This document shows, piece after piece, positions 9,489 through 18,290 of a DNA stretch of 33,336 nt; the first letter of the stretch is position 1, and each line of letters opens with the position of its first letter. Location of the stretch: NCBI GenBank assembly GCA_041577295.1, contig JBFGJG010000047.1, positions 1-33,336 of the forward strand, in the 5' to 3' direction. A model generated the notes under the pieces. It saw only the letters and a list, made by a program, of their open reading frames with translations. It ran no database searches and was not told the origin of the DNA. The translations under genes were made by a program, and so were the position numbers. The stretch is from Gemmatimonadales bacterium. GTDB taxonomy: Bacteria > Gemmatimonadota > Gemmatimonadetes > Gemmatimonadales > GWC2-71-9.

Positions 9489-10082
9489 ATGTTCGACAAC
9501 ATTCGTGAAGATCTCCGTCGCGCGCGGCGGGTAAATAGTCACAGCCTCCTCAACGAGCTGACCAACCCTGGGACCCAGGCCGTCCTGATATACCGCTTCG
9601 GTCACTGGGCACTCAAGCTCAAGATACCGGTTCTCCGCGAGGTGTTACTGGTCATCTACACGCCCATCGCCTGGTTCATACGCGGCTTTGCGGGCGTCAA
9701 TATCCCAACCCAGGCCGAGATCGGACCGGGGCTCGTGATTCACACCTGGGCCGGGGTGTTCCTCCCACCGGGCAAGATCGGCAGCTACTGCCTCGTGCAA
9801 CACGGTGTCGTGATCAACTGGGGGGTCAAGGAAATCGGTGACCGGGTGCGGTTCGGACCGGGCGCGAAGGTGATCAAGCCGGTCAGGATCGGCCACCGGG
9901 CGTACATCGGCGCCAACGCCGTGGTGATGGACGATGTACCTGATGACGCCGTGATGGTGGGGATTCCGGCGCGGATCGTGAAGATACGCGGCGAGCGTGT
10001 GGGCGACGAGGATGGGCGTCTCGACGAGGTGATCGACGCGGGTCAACACGCCGAGCCGCAGGCCGATCGGCCGGTGCGCTAG
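9489..10082 (+). CDS. CysE-like hexapeptide-repeat (LbH) O-acetyltransferase
   Basis: AEIGPGLVIH, IGANAVVMDDVPDDAVMVGIPAR hexapeptide signature. Confidence 0.85.
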   Translation: MFDNIREDLRRARRVNSHSLLNELTNPGTQAVLIYRFGHWALKLKIPVLREVLLVIYTPIAWFIRGFAGVNIPTQAEIGPGLVIHTWAGVFLPPGKIGSYCLVQHGVVINWGVKEIGDRVRFGPGAKVIKPVRIGHRAYIGANAVVMDDVPDDAVMVGIPARIVKIRGERVGDEDGRLDEVIDAGQHAEPQADRPVR

Positions 10083-11266
10083 TTCCGCAGCCGCTCTGCG
10101 AGCACTGGCCAGAGCAGATCGTTCACGATGCGATGGCCATCACGCTCGAGATGCCATCCAACGGTCTCGTAGAGGGTCGTGCCATTCTGATGTGCCTGTC
10201 GAAACGCCGGGAGCACGTCCACCACATCGAGCCCGCGCTCACGTAGTTTGCCAACCAAGATCCGATTTGGCTGATCGATGTCCACGGCCGATGAATCGAC
10301 CTGGAAGCCCTCGAGGAACACAGTGGCCACCTTCCAGTCGATCTGCTGGATGGCCGGAATGATGACCACCACGGTCTCGAGACCCTGCTCCCGCGCGAGG
10401 TCCGCGATCTCGCGACAGATCTCTGCGGTCACTTCCCAACTCGTCGAGTTCGCCTCACTGCGAAGGAGCGAGAAGGGGAAGTAATCGGCCGTTAGACCAA
10501 AGCCCATCAACACCGCCCGAAGACGATACTTCAAAAACAGAAACAGATGTGAGCGCTCTTCTAAGAAGTCGTTCATGGGGTAGAGTACGCCCTCGACCAC
10601 CGCAGACGCGGTCAGACGTTTGGGCACGTGGAACCTGTGACGCATCCGAGGAGCGCGCGGCGGAAAGTACTCCACCTTTCGTGGCATGACGTCGTTCCCC
10701 ACAAATATCGAGAGCAGTACCACATCAAACTCGTATGTGCCAAGGAGGCGTTTTGCTTGTAGCAAGTAGTGCGACGGTCCCCAATCGCTCACCCCAGTGT
10801 TCCACACCTCGATCGGGTAGCCCAGCTCCGTGGTCAACGTCGAATCCAGTAGCCCCGCCACGCTCTCCTCGTATTCGACCTCACGGGCTTCCATGAACGA
10901 GTCGCCCAAGATCAGCACGCGCTTCTTGCCGGGTTCTTGACCGTTGGCCCCCACACGGAAACCGAGCGAGTCGGTGTAGAACTGCACCGGCCGAGGCCCT
11001 TGGTTGAGGATCGTCGCGATGCCGGCCACCTTGGCGTGCCCCAGGGTATCGACCGGTGCCCATACGTCGGGACGGGCGACGATCAGATGTTGCGGCGCCA
11101 CGATGCGGATGGCGATCTCCCCCAACCCCAATGCAAGAACGATGGAGATCACCACCACGAGAAGAGGCCCAAGCAGTCGCACGAGCCAACGGGACTCGTC
11201 TCTGCCGCCCGCGGCGCGTTCCGGTGCGGCCGCGTTCGCAGCGTCCTCGCGCACTGTCGTACTCAT
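10079..11266 (-). CDS. Membrane-anchored SGNH/GDSL (AlgX/AlgJ-like) protein
   Basis: N-terminal TM helix; LILGDSF, NTGVSDWGP, FVGND, C-terminal HLERDGH. Confidence 0.8.
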   Translation of the reverse strand: MSTTVREDAANAAAPERAAGGRDESRWLVRLLGPLLVVVISIVLALGLGEIAIRIVAPQHLIVARPDVWAPVDTLGHAKVAGIATILNQGPRPVQFYTDSLGFRVGANGQEPGKKRVLILGDSFMEAREVEYEESVAGLLDSTLTTELGYPIEVWNTGVSDWGPSHYLLQAKRLLGTYEFDVVLLSIFVGNDVMPRKVEYFPPRAPRMRHRFHVPKRLTASAVVEGVLYPMNDFLEERSHLFLFLKYRLRAVLMGFGLTADYFPFSLLRSEANSTSWEVTAEICREIADLAREQGLETVVVIIPAIQQIDWKVATVFLEGFQVDSSAVDIDQPNRILVGKLRERGLDVVDVLPAFRQAHQNGTTLYETVGWHLERDGHRIVNDLLWPVLAERLRN

Positions 11267-12684
11267 GTTCGCAACTCCAGCTCTCGCAAGTGACGCAGCA
11301 TGACCGGAACGCTGTCTTCGGTCTTGATCGGAATGAGGCTCGCGGTCTGATCGGTTGCGACCCGTGGGAGACGGGGTCGCAGGACGCTGAGTTTTGGAAA
11401 CGCTTGCTCCAGATACGCGCAGAGGGTCTCCCCCGCCATCTTCGCGGCCGCGTACTCGGCAAAGTTTTTCGAGCCGTCTTCCACGAAGACGGACGAGGGA
11501 TACAGGATGCCGCGGGGCAGCCAGCCTCGAGTCTGCAACCTGTGCACGGTCCGGTAGAAGCCCGTCACGTAGTAGTCACAGAACCGCTGAAAGAGCGCCG
11601 GTGAGAAGCCTCCCTTGGTTCCATCGATATGCGGCGTGGCGAAGAAATAGAGATGCGTAATTGGCTCACCCTCGACGGTCGCCAATGCGTCCGAGGAGAC
11701 GGTGCACACGTCGAACGGGACACAGCATGCCGAGCCACCCCCGGCCTCGATGTCGCTCACAACACGACGCGCATCAGTGACGCCGCTGTGATATGTGATG
11801 ACTACGTCGGCACCACCCGCCGATAGGAGCTTGGCGGTGATTTCACCCAGACCACGAGAACCGCCCACGACCAGCGCTCGTTGACTTGCGAACTCGCCTG
11901 GTTTGACCTCTTTGCGAAGTTCTGCAAGCGTGGCCTGCCGCTTTGGTTGTGGGCGCAGGAACGCCTTGATCGAGCCAGAAACAGTCGGGCCATCCACCTT
12001 CATCTGCACGACGGAATACCTGGGATCGCACTTAGTCACCCGATACCCGAGCTCGGCTGTTGCGCCGGACTGACCGGCCAGCTCGAGGCTGAGCCCGGAG
12101 TACACCGAGTGCAGCCCTGGGCAGACCATTCCAACGAGTCGCGTCGTCGCGAGGATCTCCGCCAGCTGCGTTGCGGAAACTCGTCGCGCTAAGACGGGAA
12201 AGAGACGTTCGAGCAACCGTGGGTTGACATACAGCGGTAAGACGCCTTGCAGCGACTGTATCGCGTCCGGGGTCTGTTCACGACACGCGAGCGGTGCTCC
12301 GTGTTCGGGAAGTCGGCCGTTCACCGACTCCGCACCATCCGTACACTTCACGCGCACGCGGGCCGCCTTGCCCATGTCCGTTGCAAGCTCTAGTTCGACC
12401 GTCTCCGCATCGGAACTCGTTGCGGTGCAGGTAACCTCGTCACCGACGCCAATGGCCGTCTGAAACGCCACGTCAATTCCACGCAGCGTCACCGCCTCGT
12501 CGCCCTGGCGATCGTTGAGCCACCGGTCGAGTCCCCACAGGAGGGCGTGCACGCCGTGCACCACCGGCTTGCCAAACAACAGCCTGCGGGCGGCAACGGG
12601 GTCTACGTGCATTGGGTTCGCGTCACCCGAGAGCTCAGCAAATGTCCGCTGATCCTCGAGTGAGAAAGTCCGGCTAGCCGTCAT
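11263..12684 (-). CDS. MaoC-like dehydratase fused to a short-chain dehydrogenase/ketoreductase
   Basis: FAELSGDANPMHVD and VVHG hydratase motif; VVGGSRGLG Rossmann motif; YPSS and YAAAK catalytic residues; start probably ATG 12684. Confidence 0.85.
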   Translation of the reverse strand: MTASRTFSLEDQRTFAELSGDANPMHVDPVAARRLLFGKPVVHGVHALLWGLDRWLNDRQGDEAVTLRGIDVAFQTAIGVGDEVTCTATSSDAETVELELATDMGKAARVRVKCTDGAESVNGRLPEHGAPLACREQTPDAIQSLQGVLPLYVNPRLLERLFPVLARRVSATQLAEILATTRLVGMVCPGLHSVYSGLSLELAGQSGATAELGYRVTKCDPRYSVVQMKVDGPTVSGSIKAFLRPQPKRQATLAELRKEVKPGEFASQRALVVGGSRGLGEITAKLLSAGGADVVITYHSGVTDARRVVSDIEAGGGSACCVPFDVCTVSSDALATVEGEPITHLYFFATPHIDGTKGGFSPALFQRFCDYYVTGFYRTVHRLQTRGWLPRGILYPSSVFVEDGSKNFAEYAAAKMAGETLCAYLEQAFPKLSVLRPRLPRVATDQTASLIPIKTEDSVPVMLRHLRELELRT

Positions 12685-13975
12685 GGTGGGAGGAATGCCC
12701 CCGCCCAGCACCGTTGCTCAGGTGCTGCTGGATCTCCTGCAGGCATCGCTCGGACGACGACGCATCGACGAAGCTGTGCACCATCTGGCGCACGCGCTCA
12801 CGATCGGCCGCCCAGCGCTCGCAAGCGCCCACGTAGTCCGCAAGCGTCTCACGCACCGCCTCGACCAGCGCCTCGCCCGTAAACGCCTTGGGTCCTGGTG
12901 TGGCTTCGTCGTAGTCGTAATAGAACGTCCGGTACTTGCGGTACTCCTCGAGGTCCGGCGCATAGAACAGGACCGGCCTGTCCAGCAGCAAGAAATCGAA
13001 GTACACGGAGGAATAATCCGTGATCAGAGCGTCCATCAGGGGCAGCTGCTGGTAGATATCGACCTGCGACGGCAGTAGCTCCACGTGGTTGCTTTCGTCC
13101 GCGCCGGTCAACACGGCGTTGCTCTGCTGATGAAGCTTGCAGTACAGCTTCGCGCGGTGCGCCTCGAGAACCTGTTCGAGCTCTTCGATGGGGAGCGGTA
13201 CCTGAAACAGGCTGCCGCGGACCATCGTCACGTCCCGCCATGTGGGGAAGTATCCTATGATGCGATACCCATTCTCACGGTCACGCTGTAGTTGCTTCCG
13301 GATGGTCTCATCGATCGTTCCTGAGGCCTTGCGCGTCCACGGGTCACCAAATAGCGCGTCGTTTCGGGGATATCCGGTGACCATCACCTGATCCTGACGC
13401 ATGGCGAATGCGGTCTGAAAGAACCGATCGGGATCGGGCCCCGTAGCGACGATGTAGTCGGCGCGCTCATAGATCTGCGGGTCGACCAGGGAGTAGATCA
13501 TTCGCGCCGGCAGCGACCCGTAACGTGCCTTGTTGTGCGGATGCTTTGGATCCTCGATGTCCCGTTCGATGCGCTTGAGGGGCACACCGTGCCACAGGTT
13601 CACTCGGATTGCGCCACCCGAGAGGGCGTACGAGACGTCCGAGCTGCGAAAGTCGAACACGTAGACCCCTGCCCTGAGCGCTGTCCACAGCCCTTTCACG
13701 CTCCACTTGTAGTGCGCGGCGAGCCCCTCCTCGCGGAGCTGTACCACGATGCTTTTGTTTGTCGAAATCCATACGCACCGTGGACGGCCGGGCACGTTCT
13801 GCGCGCAGTAGAGGAAGAGGTACCGTGCATTGTCCGCGAACCGCCGCCCCTGCCACGAGCCGAAGACCCACAGGTCCTTCCGGCGGGGCATGAGGTGCGT
13901 CGCCAGATACACGGCGTGGAAGGGGCCTCGCCGGAGGAGCTTGGAAATCGTGTTGATGATGACCGCAGCGATCAT
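12674..13975 (-). CDS. CDP-glycerol glycerophosphotransferase (TagB/TagF family)
   Basis: WHGVPLKRI, TGYPRNDAL, YFPTWRD, KLH, LITDYSSVYFDF family motifs. Confidence 0.92.
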   Translation of the reverse strand: MIAAVIINTISKLLRRGPFHAVYLATHLMPRRKDLWVFGSWQGRRFADNARYLFLYCAQNVPGRPRCVWISTNKSIVVQLREEGLAAHYKWSVKGLWTALRAGVYVFDFRSSDVSYALSGGAIRVNLWHGVPLKRIERDIEDPKHPHNKARYGSLPARMIYSLVDPQIYERADYIVATGPDPDRFFQTAFAMRQDQVMVTGYPRNDALFGDPWTRKASGTIDETIRKQLQRDRENGYRIIGYFPTWRDVTMVRGSLFQVPLPIEELEQVLEAHRAKLYCKLHQQSNAVLTGADESNHVELLPSQVDIYQQLPLMDALITDYSSVYFDFLLLDRPVLFYAPDLEEYRKYRTFYYDYDEATPGPKAFTGEALVEAVRETLADYVGACERWAADRERVRQMVHSFVDASSSERCLQEIQQHLSNGAGRGHSSHHDG

Positions 13976-13990
13976 AGCTCGTCCAACCCC

Positions 13991-14827
13991 CTACGCGCTC
14001 CCATCACCGTTGGTGCTCACGAAGTTAGCGCAGAAGCTCGGCAGCTCCGCGAGACACTCTTCGTACGCCTCGCGTCCGATGCGCGTCGTGTCCGGTGCCA
14101 ACCGTAGCTTTTTCCGTGGTCGCTTCCGCACGATTCGGCCGGCTCGGATCTCGGGTGAATCATCACCGAGTCCGTGTGGACCACGCTCACCGGTGGACCA
14201 CATGGTCTCGTACCGCTCCGACAGCGGCGTCTCGAGCTCGAGAAACTTGGTGAGATCGGCGAGCAGCGGTTGGGTGTGTTGGGTCAGCTGGTCGTACGTG
14301 AGAAAGAAGCTTCGCTGCCGGTCGTTTTTCCGCCGCGCGTAGTCACGGACCATCTTGAGCTGCTTGACATAGTACTCGAGCGCCTGTTGCTCAGTCTTGA
14401 TGAATCGTGGCTGAAACCGGATGATGCTCGGGATGCTCTCCTTTGCGGACCGGACCAAGAAGACGAGCTTCAACCGCGCATCGTGGATGAGGTCTGGATT
14501 CAGGATGTAGTCCTTGTAGAGAATCTTGTCGAGCACGTACCGTCCACGCGGCTGGAGCCTGCGGAACGACCGGCACACGTCGAGGGTGAGACGGGCAAAA
14601 TCCCGCCTGCTCCGATACTCGCGATGGGTCTCCCCATAGCCGGTGATTGCCGGATTGCTGTTCAAGATGTGGAGCAACAAGGTCGATCCAGAGCGCATGT
14701 GCCCAACGATGAACAGCACGTCCAGACGGCCCCGCTCGATCGCGTGCTCGTAATACCGCACCAGCAAGCGGAGGAGGGGACTCTTCACCATGTTCGGAAC
14801 CGGGAGCGCTCGTAGCGGCTCGCCCAT
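13991..14827 (-). CDS. PAPS-dependent sulfotransferase
   Basis: GHMRSGSTLL 5'-PSB loop and LVRSAKESIPS 3'-PB-like motif; ATG overlaps the upstream TGA. Confidence 0.83.
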   Translation of the reverse strand: MGEPLRALPVPNMVKSPLLRLLVRYYEHAIERGRLDVLFIVGHMRSGSTLLLHILNSNPAITGYGETHREYRSRRDFARLTLDVCRSFRRLQPRGRYVLDKILYKDYILNPDLIHDARLKLVFLVRSAKESIPSIIRFQPRFIKTEQQALEYYVKQLKMVRDYARRKNDRQRSFFLTYDQLTQHTQPLLADLTKFLELETPLSERYETMWSTGERGPHGLGDDSPEIRAGRIVRKRPRKKLRLAPDTTRIGREAYEECLAELPSFCANFVSTNGDGSA

Positions 14828-15921
14828 CAAGATTTCATCCCTTCAAATGCGCGTTGGTACGCTTTCTCGAGCACTTCGAGCGGCCGCGGCTCGCTGAACA
14901 ACGAGTACCGTCCCGGGCGCGTGGAGGGTGCGTGAGCGAGCGCACGCAGAAAGTCCGTGCGACACACACCGACATCTTCCGGCGTGGTCGGCAGCCCGGA
15001 CGTGCGAATGATGCGAACGACATCGTGGGGAACCGTCGGGAGGCCCAACTCTTCGCGCAGGGCGTGGACGTAGAGCACACCGAGCGCGACTTGTTGCCCG
15101 TGGCTACCCGTGCCGAGTCTCAACTGGTCGAGCGCGTGGCTCACGAGGTGCTCGGAGCCACTACACGGGCGGCTGCTGCCGGCAATCGCCATCGCAATGC
15201 CGCTCATGACCAGACCCTCCGCCAACCGTACCAGTCCGTCGCGCGCGAACAACTCCTCGGGCTCGAGCAGCAAGACTTGTTCGGCCGCTTGCCGCGAGAG
15301 CATGTCGGCGAATCCATCCCAGCGATCGTTGCCTGCCCGGACCGCCAGCTGCCAATCGAGCGACGCGGAGTGATTGGAGAGCAAATCGCCCAGGCCGGAG
15401 AGCAACACATCCCGTGGGCAGTGCTTGACGACATCCAGATCGATGAGGATGCCCACTGGCATTTGTGCCGGCACGCTCACCGAGCTATCGATCTCACGAA
15501 TCACGGCAATGGGAGAGGAGATGCAGTCGCTCGAGAGCGCAGTGGCCACGACGAGCACGGGGAAGTTGCGGTGGCGCGCGACCATCTTACACACGTCGAT
15601 GACTCGTCCACCTCCCACGGCGATAATCCCCTCGATGTTGTGCTGAGCGCAGAAGACATCCAGCCCCACGACGTCTTCACGTCGGTTGCCGCGAACCAGA
15701 TATCGCTCCGGTGATGCGGCCAGCGCACCGTAGATCTGCTCACCAAACGGCTTGGAAGGTCCGGGTCCTGAAGCCACGACGAGCCGCGCACCCTCTAGCC
15801 CCACGTCCCGTATCACCGACGACACGCGCTGAATGGCTGCTGCTTCGACGGTGAGGTTCATAGGCACCGCGATCTCGCGGGGCCCACCCACGAGGAACGT
15901 CGGAGACCACATTACACGCAT
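14827..15921 (-). CDS. Glycerol-1-phosphate dehydrogenase-like enzyme (EgsA/AraM, iron-ADH-like superfamily)
   Basis: AVGGGRVIDVCK, TALSSDCISSP, GLGDLLSN, SRPCSGSEHLVSHALD, HGQQVALG. Confidence 0.87.
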   Translation of the reverse strand: MRVMWSPTFLVGGPREIAVPMNLTVEAAAIQRVSSVIRDVGLEGARLVVASGPGPSKPFGEQIYGALAASPERYLVRGNRREDVVGLDVFCAQHNIEGIIAVGGGRVIDVCKMVARHRNFPVLVVATALSSDCISSPIAVIREIDSSVSVPAQMPVGILIDLDVVKHCPRDVLLSGLGDLLSNHSASLDWQLAVRAGNDRWDGFADMLSRQAAEQVLLLEPEELFARDGLVRLAEGLVMSGIAMAIAGSSRPCSGSEHLVSHALDQLRLGTGSHGQQVALGVLYVHALREELGLPTVPHDVVRIIRTSGLPTTPEDVGVCRTDFLRALAHAPSTRPGRYSLFSEPRPLEVLEKAYQRAFEGMKS

Positions 15922-16668
15922 CTAGCCTCCAAACACCCCGTTTGTCGCGGCGAGCGTGACCGCCCGCGCGAAGTCATGCTTGTCATCGACCTCCGTCCAT
16001 GGTAAGCCACCGATGTCCACCATCCCGACCGGCTGTTTCTGCGCCACCCGCTCGATCGCGCTCTCGTACCAGCAGTCGGTCTCCCCACAGTCGATCATCT
16101 CGCTCGCCGCCTGGCGAACACGGAGAAACGTCTCGTGACTGAACCGAGCGATGCCGATGTACTCGCCGAGGGCCTCTTGGGGTGACAGCGACTTCGCGAT
16201 CTTCACGAGCGCTCCGTTCTCGTACTGCACCTTCATCTCCTCATCACCCAGCCGCTTCACGGTATCGAGGACGAGGAAATCGTCTGCGTGATGATCGACC
16301 GCGCGCGCAAAGATCTCCGGGTGGTAGAAACCGTCACAATTGACGATCATGGTCGGTCCAGCACGCAGCTGGCCGAGCGTGATCGAAAAGATGTTGTTCC
16401 ACTCCTCGTATTTTTCGTTGAACACCGCCTCCACACCTGCGGGCAACGCCTCGACGAGCCGGTCGTACGCATGCCCGCCAATGATCGTGACCCGCTCCCG
16501 CTCCACACCGCAGGCAAACAGCGCACCCAGCTGCCGGTCCAGCAACGTGCTCCCACCCACGCTGAGCAGCGCCTTTGGCAACGTCTCGGTCAGCGGGAAC
16601 AGCCGTCGTCCCACGCCGGCCGCGAGAATCATCACGTTCAAATCCCGAACCGCGTTGTTCACCCACAC
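15922..16668 (-). CDS. Phosphocholine/sugar-phosphate cytidylyltransferase family (LicC-like) nucleotidyltransferase
   Basis: ILAAGVGRRL.PLT..LPKALL, GEYIGIARF, WTEVDDKHD; abuts the dehydrogenase gene. Confidence 0.86.
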   Translation of the reverse strand: MWVNNAVRDLNVMILAAGVGRRLFPLTETLPKALLSVGGSTLLDRQLGALFACGVERERVTIIGGHAYDRLVEALPAGVEAVFNEKYEEWNNIFSITLGQLRAGPTMIVNCDGFYHPEIFARAVDHHADDFLVLDTVKRLGDEEMKVQYENGALVKIAKSLSPQEALGEYIGIARFSHETFLRVRQAASEMIDCGETDCWYESAIERVAQKQPVGMVDIGGLPWTEVDDKHDFARAVTLAATNGVFGG

Positions 16669-16744
16669 CTCGTGGTCTCGGACTCACCCTCTATTCGCAA
16701 ATCCCATCCCCCCATGCGACCGCCCCAGAGCACGGCCCGGTAGC

Positions 16745-16759
16745 GCAAGAAGGGTACCA
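16745..16759 (-). promoter_or_regulatory. Putative sigma-54 promoter for the cytidylyltransferase...SGNH operon
   Basis: Minus strand TGGTACCCTTCTTGC, exact GG-N10-GC with TTGC -12 box. Confidence 0.68.
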
Positions 16760-16789
16760 TGCACCGGAGCGCCGAAGATGTTTGTACAA

Positions 16790-16887
16790 GGGGGGATAGA
16801 GGGGATTTGGGGGTAGATGAGATAAGGGAAAAACAAGCCTATCCCGAGGGTCCCATCCCCTCGATCCCTCGTATCCCCGCTATCCCC
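16790..16887. repeat. Inverted pair of degenerate ~9-bp GGGATAGAG-type tandem repeats
   Basis: GGGGGATAGAGGGGATTTGGGGGTAGATGAGATAAGGG (16790-16828) facing CCTATCCC...ATCCCCTCGATCCCTCGTATCCCCGCTATCCCC (16838-16887). Confidence 0.65.
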
Positions 16888-16989
16888 TTTAGTGTTTGTC
16901 GGATTGGGGCCATGCTTTTGGTGACCGGTTGAGAACCGCTGTTGGCTCCACGCAACAACCCTCTCTGATCGCAGCCCCGGAATACGTCA

Positions 16990-17014
16990 TAAATAATTGT
17001 GAAATAATAAGTTA
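16990..17014. promoter_or_regulatory. AT-rich IHF-like inverted site
   Basis: TAAATAATTG-tgaaa-TAATAAGTTA; same layout as 21879-21903. Confidence 0.4.
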
Positions 17015-17077
17015 AGTCCACTTACCTCACACAGCGTAAATGTTGCTCATAGGGGGGCGACAACAAAGGAGTGGGCA

Positions 17078-18283
17078 GTGCTTCCAGCTCGACAATCGCA
17101 TCCGACGCCTTCGGATGGCCAATTCACGATCGAGACCATCGACTCGGTCGATCGGCTGAGCTCTCTGCGAGAGCCGTGGAACGACCTCGTGCGGCATTCG
17201 CCGCAGAACATCCCGTTTTTGACGTACGAGTGGCTGCGGACATGGTGGGATGCGTTTGGGGGTAGCGCCGAGCCCCAGGTGATCACGGTGTGGCGCGGCG
17301 AGCACCTGATGGGCATCGCGCCCATGGCGTATCGGCGCATCTTGATCAACGGCGTGCCCTGTCGGGTGGGCAAGTTCTGGTCAAACCCATTTTCGAATCG
17401 TGTCCACCTCGTGACGCGGGATCCGGCGAATGGCGTGGTCGACGCCATCGTGGACTACTGGCTCGCGCAGGAACCGGCGTGGGATCAGCTGCATCTCGAA
17501 CCGGTGCCGTTGGCGTGCCCGTTGACGCACGCCTTGGTCCACGCATTCGAGCGTCGCAATGTCGCCTTTGGTGTGCGTGAGAGCCTTCGCTCACCCTATC
17601 TGACCCTGCCCGCCACCTGGGATGAATTCATGGCAGGCCTGAGTTCGCGGTTTCGCAAATCGCTTCGGCAGCAGATGCGCGCCGCACGCTCCGGCGGCAA
17701 GCTGCGCGTGACGGTCGCCAACTCGGCCGACACCGTGGAGACGGCATTTGAAATCGCCTCCAAGGGCCGCTTTCACGAGGACGGAACCTCCATCGCGGCG
17801 ACAGAGGCACAGCGTCGCTTTTATAACGATCTCGCAAAGGTGGCTTTCGATCGTGGCTGGTTGGTGCTGGGCTTTCTCGAGCACGAGGGGCAGCCCATCG
17901 CGTACGAATACAACCTCTACTACGACGGGATCATGTACGCGCTCAAGTCCGGTTATGATCCTGACTTCGCCGAGCACTCACCAGGGCGTGTGCTCATGCA
18001 CGAGATGCTGCGCAAGGTCATTAGCGTGGGTGGACGGGAGTACGATTGCCTGGGCATGGACGAGGACTACAAGCTCCGGTGGACCAAGGACATTCGCACC
18101 CACGGGCGGATCACAGTGTTCTCGGATCGCTTTGTGCCCCGCGCACACCACTTCCTGTCTTATCGCATGCAGCCCTGGGTCAAACACAACTTTCCCTGGG
18201 CCGTGAAGGCACGTCGCGTTGCGCGCGGCTGGCTCAGCGCCCGCCAGCAAGGCGATGGCGATGGCAACGGAAACGGACGGTAA
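17078..18283 (+). CDS. GNAT acyltransferase, CelD/BcsL-like
   Basis: PFLTYEWLRTWW, SPYLTLPATWDEF, KSGYDPDFAEHSPGRVL, YDCLGMDEDYKLRW; AAGGAG RBS before GTG. Confidence 0.87.
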   Translation: MLPARQSHPTPSDGQFTIETIDSVDRLSSLREPWNDLVRHSPQNIPFLTYEWLRTWWDAFGGSAEPQVITVWRGEHLMGIAPMAYRRILINGVPCRVGKFWSNPFSNRVHLVTRDPANGVVDAIVDYWLAQEPAWDQLHLEPVPLACPLTHALVHAFERRNVAFGVRESLRSPYLTLPATWDEFMAGLSSRFRKSLRQQMRAARSGGKLRVTVANSADTVETAFEIASKGRFHEDGTSIAATEAQRRFYNDLAKVAFDRGWLVLGFLEHEGQPIAYEYNLYYDGIMYALKSGYDPDFAEHSPGRVLMHEMLRKVISVGGREYDCLGMDEDYKLRWTKDIRTHGRITVFSDRFVPRAHHFLSYRMQPWVKHNFPWAVKARRVARGWLSARQQGDGDGNGNGR

Positions 18284-18290
18284 ACGGTCC

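Noticed and set aside
14827..15921. Archaeal-type ether lipid synthesis
   Set aside because: No GGGP/DGGGP synthase nearby; coupling to a cytidylyltransferase and TagF points to glycan substitution.
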